A program made the position numbers and the translations under genes. The notes below the pieces were generated by a model. It was not told the origin of the DNA. It did no database searches and saw nothing but the letters and a program-made list of their open reading frames with translations. A stretch of DNA of 64,000 nucleotides. Origin: Acidobacteriota bacterium. Its GTDB lineage: Bacteria; Acidobacteriota; UBA6911. The stretch lies in contig OY761556.1 of NCBI GenBank assembly GCA_963664705.1, forward strand, positions 5,248,001-5,312,000, in the 5' to 3' direction. Below, piece by piece: positions 19,118 to 28,800 of this stretch (position 1 is the stretch's first letter; every line of letters starts with the position of its first letter).

Positions 19118-20620
19118 ATGGTCTACATTGACGGCGAAACCTTGACGCTTGAAATGATGCGGCAGGTAGCTTGTGACGGCGAGCTTGTGGAACTGGCCCA
19201 GGCAGCTCGCCACCGGGTTCTTGCCGGCCGTCGCGTCATCGACCGCGCTCTGGACAGCGACATCCCTGTTTACGGAGTGACCACAGGCTTCGGTAAACTC
19301 AGCGATATCCGCATTCCGCACGACGAAATTCAACAACTCCAGATCAATCTTCTGCGCAGCCACGCCTGTGGAGTCGGCGAACCCCTGACCGAACCGGAGG
19401 TTCGGGCCGCCATGCTTCTTCGGGCAAACTCTCTGGCCAAGGGTTTTTCCGGAATCCGGCCCGAGACCATCGAAGCGCTGTTGAATCTGATGAATAGAGG
19501 AGTGGTCCCCGTAGTTCCATCCAAAGGATCCGTTGGGGCAAGTGGAGATCTTGCGCCTTCAGCGCATATGGCCCTGGTCTTGATTGGCGAAGGGGAAGCA
19601 TTTTACCGGGGCGAACGCCTTCCGGGCGCCATGGCACTGCAACGTGCCGGCGTTTTTCCTATGGAGCTGCATGCAAAAGAGGGGCTATCGCTTCTGAATG
19701 GAACGCAGTTTATGACGGCGGTGGGAGGTCTCTCTCTCTTGCGCGCGGAGAAGCTGGTGGAAACCGCGGATGTTGCCGCCTCCCTCTCCCTGGAGGTACT
19801 GCTGGGCAGCGTTGTCGCCGATGACGTGCGAATCCACCAGGTGCGTCCTCATCCCGGTCAAAGGATCACAGCCGCCCACATCAGCGGGATGCTTCGCAAC
19901 AGCGCTATTGTGGAATCCCACAAGAACTGCGGCAAGCTTCAGGACGCCTATTCCCTGCGCTGTATTCCGCAGGTGCATGGCGCTGTCCGGGATGCGCTGA
20001 TGCACATTCGCGCGGTTCTATCGCGGGAGATCAACAGCGCAACGGACAACCCTCTGGTTTTTGCCGAAGACGATGCCATCCTGGCGGGAGGCAATTTCCA
20101 TGGCGCTCCCATCGGCTATGCCTGCGACTATGCAGCCATTGCACTGGCCGACCTTGCCAGTTTTTCGGAACGCAGGCTGGAACGCCTGGTCAATCCCGAC
20201 CTCAGCGAGCTTCCGGCATTTCTTACGCCTCACCCGGGGCTTTCTTCGGGATATATGATGCTTCAGGTCATGGTGGCTTCGCTGGTTTCCGAAAACAAAA
20301 TTCTTTCGCATCCGGCTTCTGTCGACAGCATTCCAACCTCCGGAGATAAGGAGGATCACGTAAGCATGGGAATGACGGCGGCATTGAAGCTTCGATCCAT
20401 TATTGAAAACCTGGAAACCGTGCTTGCGGGCGAAATCCTCGCAGCCTGCCAGGCGATGGAATTCCGGAAGCCGCTGGAACCGGGCGAGGGGACGCGCAAA
20501 GCCTATGCGCTCGTGCGGCAGCATGTCCCGCCGCTTGAACAGGACCGGGAAATTACGCCGGATCTCGCCTCCTTGCGCGCACTCATCCGCCAAAATCGCT
20601 TCGCTGATCTACTTCTTTGA
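19118..20620 (+). CDS. hutH: Histidine ammonia-lyase
   Basis: VYGVTTGFG, LLRSHACG, MIO-forming GSVGASGDLAP, QDAYSLRC, GNFHG. Confidence 0.95.
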   Translation: MVYIDGETLTLEMMRQVACDGELVELAQAARHRVLAGRRVIDRALDSDIPVYGVTTGFGKLSDIRIPHDEIQQLQINLLRSHACGVGEPLTEPEVRAAMLLRANSLAKGFSGIRPETIEALLNLMNRGVVPVVPSKGSVGASGDLAPSAHMALVLIGEGEAFYRGERLPGAMALQRAGVFPMELHAKEGLSLLNGTQFMTAVGGLSLLRAEKLVETADVAASLSLEVLLGSVVADDVRIHQVRPHPGQRITAAHISGMLRNSAIVESHKNCGKLQDAYSLRCIPQVHGAVRDALMHIRAVLSREINSATDNPLVFAEDDAILAGGNFHGAPIGYACDYAAIALADLASFSERRLERLVNPDLSELPAFLTPHPGLSSGYMMLQVMVASLVSENKILSHPASVDSIPTSGDKEDHVSMGMTAALKLRSIIENLETVLAGEILAACQAMEFRKPLEPGEGTRKAYALVRQHVPPLEQDREITPDLASLRALIRQNRFADLLL

Positions 20621-20742
20621 ATCTTAGGGATTTAGCGGTAACCTCAAAGCCACGAAGTCTCAAAAAACTCTTCAATTTTTCTAAGAAAATTTGCTGAAGA
20701 TCGTTATTCCAGGTAAAGAAGCCGGAAGCCGATGAGGGCCTG

Positions 20743-21267
20743 ATGAAACCTCCCGAATCAAGCTGGGTATCATCCGTGATGACCGACTACGAAAAGCCTC
20801 TGACCCGCTACGCCGCCCACATCACGGGCGACATTGAGCGGGCCCGGGAGGTTGTCCAGGACACCTTTCTGAAGCTCTGTTATCAGAAACCGGCTCAAAT
20901 TCGCGATCATCTGGCGCAGTGGCTGTATACCGTCTGCCGGAACCAGGCGCTGGATGTGCGTCGAAAGGAGAGACGCATGACTGGACTAACCGATGCGCAG
21001 CTTCAAATGCAGGCTCGATCCGGGCCGGAGCTTTCCGCAGACCTGGAAAAGGATGAACAGCTCTCGGATGTACTCAGGATTTTGAACACTCTCCCCGAAA
21101 ACCAGCAGGAAGTACTCCGGCTGAAATTCCAGTCCGACTTGAGTTACCTGGAAATCAGCCGCATCACCAGTCTCTCGGTAAGCAATGTCGGTTTTCTCAT
21201 CCACACCGGGCTTCGCGCCATTCGCGAACGTATCCGCGTGCAACCGGCGATCAGGAGGGTGAAATGA
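20743..21267 (+). CDS. ECF sigma-70 factor
   Basis: AREVVQDTFLKL...WLYTVCRNQALD region 2; LSYLEIS...SNVGFLIH region 4. Confidence 0.9.
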   Translation: MKPPESSWVSSVMTDYEKPLTRYAAHITGDIERAREVVQDTFLKLCYQKPAQIRDHLAQWLYTVCRNQALDVRRKERRMTGLTDAQLQMQARSGPELSADLEKDEQLSDVLRILNTLPENQQEVLRLKFQSDLSYLEISRITSLSVSNVGFLIHTGLRAIRERIRVQPAIRRVK

Positions 21268-23756
21268 AATACGACGCGAACGATCCCAAATGGACAGCCT
21301 ACGCTCTCGGCGAAATCACCGACGCGCGGCAAAAAGCCGAGTTGGAACAACTGTTGAACGAATCTCCCGACTTAGGTCAGCTTGTGGATGAAATCCGCAG
21401 CACCGGCGAACTGCTTCAGCAGGAACTGCAGGCAGAGCCGGAACTATCGCTGACGACGGCACAGAAGCACTCTATCGAAAACAGCACCGCCTTGCCCAAA
21501 ACCTGGTTTGGCTTCAATTCCAGATGGGTGATGGCCTGTGCGGCCGCCTGGCTCATCCTGATTTCGATTGTCGCCATCCGGCAATTCCGACTGCAGCAAA
21601 ATAAAGCGCGGCAGAATGTCACGGCGGTTCAGCATATAAATGAAGGGAAACCTTCGCAACCTCCTCCACCCGTCAAAGAACAGGTTCATCCTGCCGCTAT
21701 CGCTACGGCAGGCAAACCGGCATTGCATACCCCCGCAGCTCACAATAAGCCGGAAGTGCCCCCTGCCGCCGCCACGGTTGCTGTGGCCGACAAACCCGAA
21801 AAACCTTCTCTCCAGCCGGTTCCACCACAAGCCGACAATAAGGCAATTCTTGCCGGAAACGTCATGGACATGACGGGCGCCGGGATCCCCGGAGTACAGG
21901 TGAGCATTGTGGATGATGCCACCGGAGCCCAAACAAAGACCTTCACGAACACGGCCGGCAGGTATGTGTTCCCTACTCTGACTCAGGGGAAACACACGCT
22001 GACTGCTCAAATGGCCGGTTTTCAAAAGGGCATCTATAAAAACCTGCCCATCGACCCGGCCCTTCCAACGAAGCTCGATATTCATCTGGAGGTTGCGTCG
22101 CTGCAACAGAGCGTGGAGGTGAGCGTCGCTTCGGACAACATGCTTTTAAGCACCTCTTCGGCACACAATAGTTTCATGCCTCCCACGACAGGCGCCATCC
22201 CTGGAGGCGTTGCTGGAGGCGTTGCCGGAGGAGTTGTCGGAAATCTGCTAAGCGGTGGCTATATGCCCTCCTCCCCGCGGCCGGCTCTTAAAGCGCGTGG
22301 CCAAGATCTGCTTCCGGTTCAACGGCAGTGGCGTCCCTTCAACACCGAAGCCTATGATCGTATCAGCGATAACAAGTTTCTGGATGTTGTGCAGAATCCG
22401 CTTTCCACATTTTCCATCGACGTCGATACGGCTTCCTATTCGAATATGCGCCGGTTTCTCGATATGGGGAAGCTCCCCCCAAAAGACTCGATCCGTATTG
22501 AGGAGCTGGTTAACTACTTCGACTATGATTACAAAGGCCCCAAGGACGATAAGCCTTTTGCCGCCAATGTTGAGCTTACCCAGGCACCCTGGAAACCGGA
22601 ACATAAACTCCTGCGAATAGGCATTAAGGGGAGGCCGATCGAAGCCGGGAAACGCCCGGCCGGCAATATCGTGTTTCTGCTGGATGTATCCGGATCCATG
22701 GCCGCTGAAAACAAGCTGCCACTGGTAAAGGAATCGATGCGGCTCTTCGTGAACCAGTTAAACGAATCCGACCGGATTGCGATCGTCGTCTATGCCAGTG
22801 CCACCGACATCCTTTTGCCATCAACGAGTGGCGACCAGAAAGAGAAAATCATGCAGGCTATCGATGGGCTGCATGCCGGAGGGAGCACCAATGGAGGCTC
22901 AGGCATTCAACTGGCCTATCAAACCGCTCAGGACAATATCATTCGGAACGGCATCAATCGCGTGATCCTCGCTACCGATGGGGATTTCAACGTTGGTATC
23001 ACAAACCGCGGAGATCTGACTCGATTGATCGAGGAGAAATCCAAGAGCGGAATCTACCTGAGCGCGCTTGGTTTTGGGATGGGCAACTATAAGGACGCAA
23101 CGCTGGAGCTGCTGGCCAAAAACGGCCACGGCAACTATGCCTACATCGATACTCTGAATGAGGCGAAGAAGGTCCTGGTGGAGCAAATGAACTCTACTTT
23201 GGTTCCCATTGCCAAGGATGTCAAAATCCAGGTTGAATTCAATCCGCGACTGGTGGGCTCTTATCGCCTCATCGGCTATGAAGACCGGCTCATGGCCAAG
23301 GAAGATTTTAACGATGACACAAAGGACGCCGGCGTCATTGGCGCCGGGCACGCGGTCACGGCGCTATACGAACTGGCACCTGCCGGAACGGAAGGCTCGA
23401 ATCCTTCCGTGGACCCGTTGAAATATCAAAAGCCGGTACAGGCTTCCGCGTCCGCGGGCAGCAGCGAACTGGCAACGATCAAAATCCGAAGCAAGGATCC
23501 GGAGAAAGATCAGAGCGTGCTGTCGGAATTCACGGTCCATGAATCCAAGAAGAAATTTGCGGAAGCTTCCGAGGATTTTAGATTCGGAGCAGCGGTCGCC
23601 GCATTCGGAATGGTGCTGCGTGATTCGCAGTACAAAGGAAGTGCCAACCTGGAACGAGTCCTGGAGTGGGCGAAAGAAAGCCAGGGTTCCGATAAATACG
23701 GTTATCGGCAGGAATTCATACGGCTGATCCACCGTGCGATCAGCATCTCTGATTAG
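21264..23756 (+). CDS. YfbK-like VWA membrane protein with anti-sigma-like N-terminus and carboxypeptidase-regulatory-like domain
   Basis: ATGA overlap with the sigma gene; one TM; PLSTFSIDVDTASY; MIDAS DVSGS; LATDGDFNVG; YRLIGYE. Confidence 0.88.
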   Translation: MKYDANDPKWTAYALGEITDARQKAELEQLLNESPDLGQLVDEIRSTGELLQQELQAEPELSLTTAQKHSIENSTALPKTWFGFNSRWVMACAAAWLILISIVAIRQFRLQQNKARQNVTAVQHINEGKPSQPPPPVKEQVHPAAIATAGKPALHTPAAHNKPEVPPAAATVAVADKPEKPSLQPVPPQADNKAILAGNVMDMTGAGIPGVQVSIVDDATGAQTKTFTNTAGRYVFPTLTQGKHTLTAQMAGFQKGIYKNLPIDPALPTKLDIHLEVASLQQSVEVSVASDNMLLSTSSAHNSFMPPTTGAIPGGVAGGVAGGVVGNLLSGGYMPSSPRPALKARGQDLLPVQRQWRPFNTEAYDRISDNKFLDVVQNPLSTFSIDVDTASYSNMRRFLDMGKLPPKDSIRIEELVNYFDYDYKGPKDDKPFAANVELTQAPWKPEHKLLRIGIKGRPIEAGKRPAGNIVFLLDVSGSMAAENKLPLVKESMRLFVNQLNESDRIAIVVYASATDILLPSTSGDQKEKIMQAIDGLHAGGSTNGGSGIQLAYQTAQDNIIRNGINRVILATDGDFNVGITNRGDLTRLIEEKSKSGIYLSALGFGMGNYKDATLELLAKNGHGNYAYIDTLNEAKKVLVEQMNSTLVPIAKDVKIQVEFNPRLVGSYRLIGYEDRLMAKEDFNDDTKDAGVIGAGHAVTALYELAPAGTEGSNPSVDPLKYQKPVQASASAGSSELATIKIRSKDPEKDQSVLSEFTVHESKKKFAEASEDFRFGAAVAAFGMVLRDSQYKGSANLERVLEWAKESQGSDKYGYRQEFIRLIHRAISISD

Positions 23757-23758
23757 GC

Positions 23759-23807
23759 AAAAAAAGCGGGGAATTCGAAGGAAGACTTCGAATTCCCCGC
23801 TTTTTTT
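23759..23807. terminator. Bidirectional intrinsic terminator
   Basis: A7-GCGGGGAATTCGAAG-loop-CTTCGAATTCCCCGC-T7 between convergent genes. Confidence 0.92.
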
Positions 23808-23819
23808 CTTGCTGTGTCC

Positions 23820-25580
23820 CTATTCCACAACCTTGATGTGAAGCTCGCGGAGCTGTTTGGGACCAAGGTCGGACGGCGCATCAAACATAATGTCGCTGCC
23901 GCTTGCCGTTTTTGGAAACGCAATGACTTCACGGATATTCGGTTCATCCGCCAGGAGCATCACAAGCCGATCAATACCGGGTGCCATTCCGCCATGCGGC
24001 GGCGCGCCGAATTCAAATGCATCCAGCATATGCCCGAATCGCTTCTGGATTTCTTCATCAGCGTACCCAAGGCAACGGAAGATGCGAGCCTGAACATCGC
24101 GACGATGAATACGGATGCTGCCGCTTGCAAGTTCGTATCCATTGCAAACCAGGTCGTACGCATCGCTCATGACTGAAGCGGGATCACTTTCGAGAATGTC
24201 CAGGTGCTCTGCTTTGGGACTCGTGAACGGGTGATGCGTAAAGCTCCATTTTTTATCTTCTTCGTCCCATTCGAACATCGGGAAGTCGACGACCCAGCCG
24301 AATGCCAGCAGATTCGGGTCCGCCAGTTTGAGACGGTCGCGGAATTCGAGTCGCAATGCACCCAGTGCTTTGCAGGCTGTAACCGGCTTGTCGGCAACCA
24401 TGCAGGCAAGGTCGCCTTCCTTCGCACCGGTCATGCGGGCGATTTCGGACACTTCCTCGGCGCTGAGCGATTTTGCCACAGACCCTTTCAACCCTTCCTT
24501 GGTCCAGGCCAAGGTCGCAAGTCCCTTGGCTCCCGCCGCGCGCACGAAATCGGTCAGCACATCGAGATCCTTGCGTGAGTAGCCGCCGCAGCCCGGAGCA
24601 ATGATGCATTTGATGACGCCTCCGGCTTGCAGCGTATCGGAAAAAACACGGAGATCGGTTTTCCGAACGGCATCGGAGACATCCATGATTTCCATCCCGA
24701 AGCGCAAATCGGGCTTATCCGTGCCGTAGCGATTGATTGCATCGGTATAGCTCATTTTGGGGAATGGCGTGAAGATCCGCTTGTGCGGCACGACTTCCGG
24801 AACAAGCCCCGTCACGAGGCCTTCAACCACAGCGAGAACGTCATCGCGCTCGACGAAAGACATTTCAAGATCGAGCTGCGTAAACTCCGGCTGGCGATCG
24901 CCGCGCAAATCTTCGTCGCGCATGCAGCGCGCGATCTGATAGTACCGTTCGTATCCGCCCACCATGAGGAGCTGCTTCAACTGTTGCGGGCTCTGGGGCA
25001 GCGCATAGAATTTTCCTCGCTGCACGCGACAGGGTACGACATAATCCCGCGCCCCTTCCGGAGTCGACTTGATCAGCATCGGCGTTTCGATTTCAACAAA
25101 GCCCAGCTTATCGAGGTAATTGCGCATGTACAGGATTGCTTTGTGGCGCAAAATGAAGTTCCGCTGCAGCCGGGAACGCCGCAGATCGATGTATCGGTAT
25201 CGGAGCCGCGTGGTCTCGTCGGTTTTGTATCCGTCGTCATCGAGCGGAAATGGCGGGGTTTTTGCGGGATTCAGGATCGTAATCGTTTGTGCCAATACTT
25301 CAATTTCCCCGCTTGCCAGATTGGGGTTGACCGTTCCATCAGGGCGCGGTCGGACAGTTCCGACTACCTGGAGCACAAATTCCGTGCGAGCCTGATCCGC
25401 AGCACTGAAAGCTTCACCCACGGTTGGATCTGCCGTAACCTGAACCAGTCCGGACCGATCCCGCAGATCAATAAAAATCAATCCACCATGATCTCTTCTC
25501 CGCTGCAGCCAGCCTGCCAGCGTTACCGTTTTACCGACATCCGTCAATCGCAGTTCACCGCAGTTTTGCATCTTCAACAT
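23820..25580 (-). CDS. aspS: Aspartate--tRNA ligase
   Basis: RRDHGGLIFIDLRD, STPEGARDY, LPQSPQ, DRQPEFTQLD, GAPPHGG. Confidence 0.98.
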   Translation of the reverse strand: MLKMQNCGELRLTDVGKTVTLAGWLQRRRDHGGLIFIDLRDRSGLVQVTADPTVGEAFSAADQARTEFVLQVVGTVRPRPDGTVNPNLASGEIEVLAQTITILNPAKTPPFPLDDDGYKTDETTRLRYRYIDLRRSRLQRNFILRHKAILYMRNYLDKLGFVEIETPMLIKSTPEGARDYVVPCRVQRGKFYALPQSPQQLKQLLMVGGYERYYQIARCMRDEDLRGDRQPEFTQLDLEMSFVERDDVLAVVEGLVTGLVPEVVPHKRIFTPFPKMSYTDAINRYGTDKPDLRFGMEIMDVSDAVRKTDLRVFSDTLQAGGVIKCIIAPGCGGYSRKDLDVLTDFVRAAGAKGLATLAWTKEGLKGSVAKSLSAEEVSEIARMTGAKEGDLACMVADKPVTACKALGALRLEFRDRLKLADPNLLAFGWVVDFPMFEWDEEDKKWSFTHHPFTSPKAEHLDILESDPASVMSDAYDLVCNGYELASGSIRIHRRDVQARIFRCLGYADEEIQKRFGHMLDAFEFGAPPHGGMAPGIDRLVMLLADEPNIREVIAFPKTASGSDIMFDAPSDLGPKQLRELHIKVVE

Positions 25581-25659
25581 AATCTGGTATTCCGTTCTTC
25601 AATAGATTTTCGAACAAAGATATTAAGATACATCAAAACCGCTCAAACCTGGGTTCGAA

Positions 25660-26892
25660 TTAATCCGAATTCCCAGTACCGCTGCCTGGATAGCGCGATC
25701 TCACATAGTTCTCAAGGATGGCAGTGAACTCCTGGATGAGAGTGTCGCCCTGCAAAACCGTCGCCAGCTTACCGTCGATATAAACCGGAGCCTTTGTGTC
25801 CTCGCCATTGCCTGGAAGCGAAATTCCGATATTTGCGTGTTTGGATTCGCCGGGGCCGTTGACCACACAGCCCATAACGGCAAGCGTCAATCCCTCTACC
25901 CCGGCATGCTGCTTCCGCCAGGACGGCATCCGGTTTCGAATATAGGTCTGGACCTGGTCGGCTATATTCTGAAATAGCGTGGAACTGGTGCGGCCACAAC
26001 CCGGACAGGCCGAAACCTGCGGCATAAACCGCCGAATCTCGAGCGACTGCAGGATCTGCTGCGCAACGATCACTTCCTCCGTGCGATCCCCTCCAGGGGA
26101 GGGAGTCAGGGAAACGCGGATCGTGTCTCCAATCCCTTCCTGCAACAGCACGGCAAGGCCCGCGGTCGAAGCCACAATTCCCTTGGCCCCCAGGCCGGCT
26201 TCGGTCAAGCCGAGGTGCAGGGCATAATCGCAGCGCTCGGCCAGCGTGCGGGAGACGGTGATCAGATCCTGAACACCGGATAGCTTTGCGCTGAGGATAA
26301 TATGGTCATGGGGAAGGCCGTATTGCTCGGCCATTTGGGCGGAATCCAGCGCGCTCCGGCACATCGCTTCCATCATGACATCCCGCGCATCCTTCGGCTG
26401 ACGGCTCCGCGAGTTTTCGTCCATCAATCTCGCCACAACCCCCTGGTCGAGCGATCCCCAGTTCACACCAATCCGGACGGGCTTGTCATTCTCCATGGCA
26501 ATCCGGATGATCTGCTGGAAATTATCGTCGTGCTTCTTCCCCACGCCAACATTGCCTGGATTAATCCGATACTTCGCCAAAGCCCGAGCGCACGCTGGAT
26601 TTTGCGACAGAAGCAGGTGGCCGTTGTAATGAAAATCGCCGATGATCGGTACCTGTCCATGGCGATCCTCGACCATTTTTGCGATTTCGGGCACAGCTTT
26701 GGCCGCCGCCGGTGTATTGACGGTAATGCGCACCAGTTCGGAACCGGCGGCCGCAAGAGCAACGATCTGCTCCGCCGTGCTTTGAATATCTTCGGAATTT
26801 GTGTTGGTCATGGATTGCACCACAACCGGCGCTCCACTGCCAACCATGATGCCGCCGACATTCACTCCGGTTGATTTTCTCCGCGAGATCAT
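25660..26892 (-). CDS. ispG: 4-hydroxy-3-methylbut-2-enyl diphosphate synthase
   Basis: [23 protein letters not shown]-type motif, [18 protein letters not shown]. Confidence 0.97.
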   Translation of the reverse strand: MISRRKSTGVNVGGIMVGSGAPVVVQSMTNTNSEDIQSTAEQIVALAAAGSELVRITVNTPAAAKAVPEIAKMVEDRHGQVPIIGDFHYNGHLLLSQNPACARALAKYRINPGNVGVGKKHDDNFQQIIRIAMENDKPVRIGVNWGSLDQGVVARLMDENSRSRQPKDARDVMMEAMCRSALDSAQMAEQYGLPHDHIILSAKLSGVQDLITVSRTLAERCDYALHLGLTEAGLGAKGIVASTAGLAVLLQEGIGDTIRVSLTPSPGGDRTEEVIVAQQILQSLEIRRFMPQVSACPGCGRTSSTLFQNIADQVQTYIRNRMPSWRKQHAGVEGLTLAVMGCVVNGPGESKHANIGISLPGNGEDTKAPVYIDGKLATVLQGDTLIQEFTAILENYVRSRYPGSGTGNSD

Positions 26893-27018
26893 TCCTGCTC
26901 CTTTTCAGAAGCCGGAATTATACCTCGAAGATGGGAAGGCTCGAAGAATGCCTTTGATTCTTTGAAGTTTCGAGGATGGGACCGGTTGGTGTATCCTGAT
27001 TCGCTCAGGAGGAAAGAT

Positions 27019-27558
27019 ATGTCTCAGGCTGGCGAAACGATCAGTGCGGTTCTTCTCGATGCGCAAACAATTCAGGCGCGAGTCAGAGAACTGGGAGCTC
27101 AGATTACCAGGGATTATCGCGGAAAAAAGCCGCACGTTGTCGGGATACTCAAGGGAGCCAGCATCTTCCATGCGGATCTTGTACGCACCATTGATCTGGA
27201 TCTGTCGTTTGATTTTATGGCGGTCGGAAGCTATGGAGCTCTGACCAAAAGCAGCGGAGAGGTTCGCATTCTCAAGGATCTGGACGAGAGCCTCGAGGGA
27301 AAAGATGTCCTTCTTGTGGAAGACATTGTCGATACCGGCCTGACACTTCACTATTTGCTGCAGAGTCTGCAGAACCGGAATCCGGAATCACTCAAAATAG
27401 CGGCTTTGTTGAACAAACCTTCGCGTCGGGAAATTCATGTGGATGTGGACTATATCGGTTTCGATATTCCCGATGAATTCGTGATCGGCTATGGTCTGGA
27501 CTATAACCAGCGCTATCGCCATCTGCAGGACGTACGCATTCTCCAACTAACCAATTGA
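27019..27558 (+). CDS. hpt: Hypoxanthine phosphoribosyltransferase
   Basis: ILKGA, PRPP motif VLLVEDIVDTGLT, FVIGYGLDY; AGGAGG RBS before ATG 27019. Confidence 0.96.
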   Translation: MSQAGETISAVLLDAQTIQARVRELGAQITRDYRGKKPHVVGILKGASIFHADLVRTIDLDLSFDFMAVGSYGALTKSSGEVRILKDLDESLEGKDVLLVEDIVDTGLTLHYLLQSLQNRNPESLKIAALLNKPSRREIHVDVDYIGFDIPDEFVIGYGLDYNQRYRHLQDVRILQLTN

Positions 27559-28722
27559 AAATAAAAAGGAGGTGCCGACGGGAAGATGCAGGCCAAAATT
27601 TTCCGCAATGGTCTGCCCCATATCCGCCAGCGAGGACCTCGTCCCCAGATTTACCGTCGCCGACAAACTTCCGCTGTACGCGAGAATTGGAACATATTCA
27701 CGGGTATGATCGCTTCCGCGATAGGTGGGATCGCAGCCATGGTCTGCTGTAATAATAAGGCAATCATCCTTCCTCATGGCCGCCAGGATATCCGGAATCC
27801 GGCTGTCGAAATACTCCATAGCCCCGGCATAGCCTTTCGGGTCCCGCCGGTGGCCCCAAAGCATGTCAAAATCAACCAGGTTGGCAAATATCAGCCCCTC
27901 CGGCGCGCGTTTCAACGCTTCCAAGGTTTGATTGACTGATTCGACGTTATTGTGGGCCTCCAGATGTTCGCTGATACCGTTGAAATCAAAAATGGAAGGT
28001 ATCTTGCCGACGCCAATGCTTGCCAGGCCGGAGGCTTTCAGATAATCCAACAGCGTTTTGTCGGGAGGGGGGATAGCAAAATCCTTTCGGTTGCCCGTGC
28101 GCGTAAAGGCTCCCGGTTTTCCAATAAATGGGCGCGCAATCACGCGGCCCACCCGATCCGGTCCATCCAACAACTCCCGGGCAATGCGACACATTCGATA
28201 CAGCTCATCCAACGGAATGACTTCTTCATGAGCCGCGATCTGAAACACAGAGTCTGCCGATGTATAGACGATCGGTTTGCCCGTCCGGACGTGTTCTTCG
28301 CCCAGTTCTTTGATGATCTCTGTTCCGGAGGCCGGCATATTTCCAAGGATTGCGCGTCCGACTGCATTCTGGAAAGCGGCTATAAGGTAATCCGGAAATC
28401 CGCTCGGATAGGTTGGAAATGGCGTTGACGTCACCAATCCCGCCATTTCCCAATGACCGACCGTTGTATCTTTTCCGTTGGAAAATATTGCCGCTTTGCC
28501 ATAGGCGCCCTGGGGTGCGGCAACCGGCGGGAGAGACGGCATTGAGCGGATGTTGCCCAAACCAAGCTTCTGAAGATTTGGCAGAGCAGGCTTCTGTGAA
28601 GCAATGACGTGGCCGAGGGTGTCGGCGCCCGCATCCCCCCAATCGGCAGCATCGGGCATCGCCCCGATCCCCACGCTATCCATGACCATCAATATCATGC
28701 GCCCGAATTGCCTCATTCTCAC
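27547..28722 (-). CDS. deoB: Phosphopentomutase
   Basis: DSVGIG, GKDTTVGHWE, YTSADSVFQIAAHE, NLVDFD..GHRRD, TADHGCDP, DHTRE. Confidence 0.97.
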   Translation of the reverse strand: MRMRQFGRMILMVMDSVGIGAMPDAADWGDAGADTLGHVIASQKPALPNLQKLGLGNIRSMPSLPPVAAPQGAYGKAAIFSNGKDTTVGHWEMAGLVTSTPFPTYPSGFPDYLIAAFQNAVGRAILGNMPASGTEIIKELGEEHVRTGKPIVYTSADSVFQIAAHEEVIPLDELYRMCRIARELLDGPDRVGRVIARPFIGKPGAFTRTGNRKDFAIPPPDKTLLDYLKASGLASIGVGKIPSIFDFNGISEHLEAHNNVESVNQTLEALKRAPEGLIFANLVDFDMLWGHRRDPKGYAGAMEYFDSRIPDILAAMRKDDCLIITADHGCDPTYRGSDHTREYVPILAYSGSLSATVNLGTRSSLADMGQTIAENFGLHLPVGTSFLFSIG

Positions 28723-28800
28723 TCCGTCAGTGGTCGGTGGGCGATAGTGGCAGTTGGCATTCCGCTCTGATTCGATCTTTGGCTGCCCGCTATCGACTGC

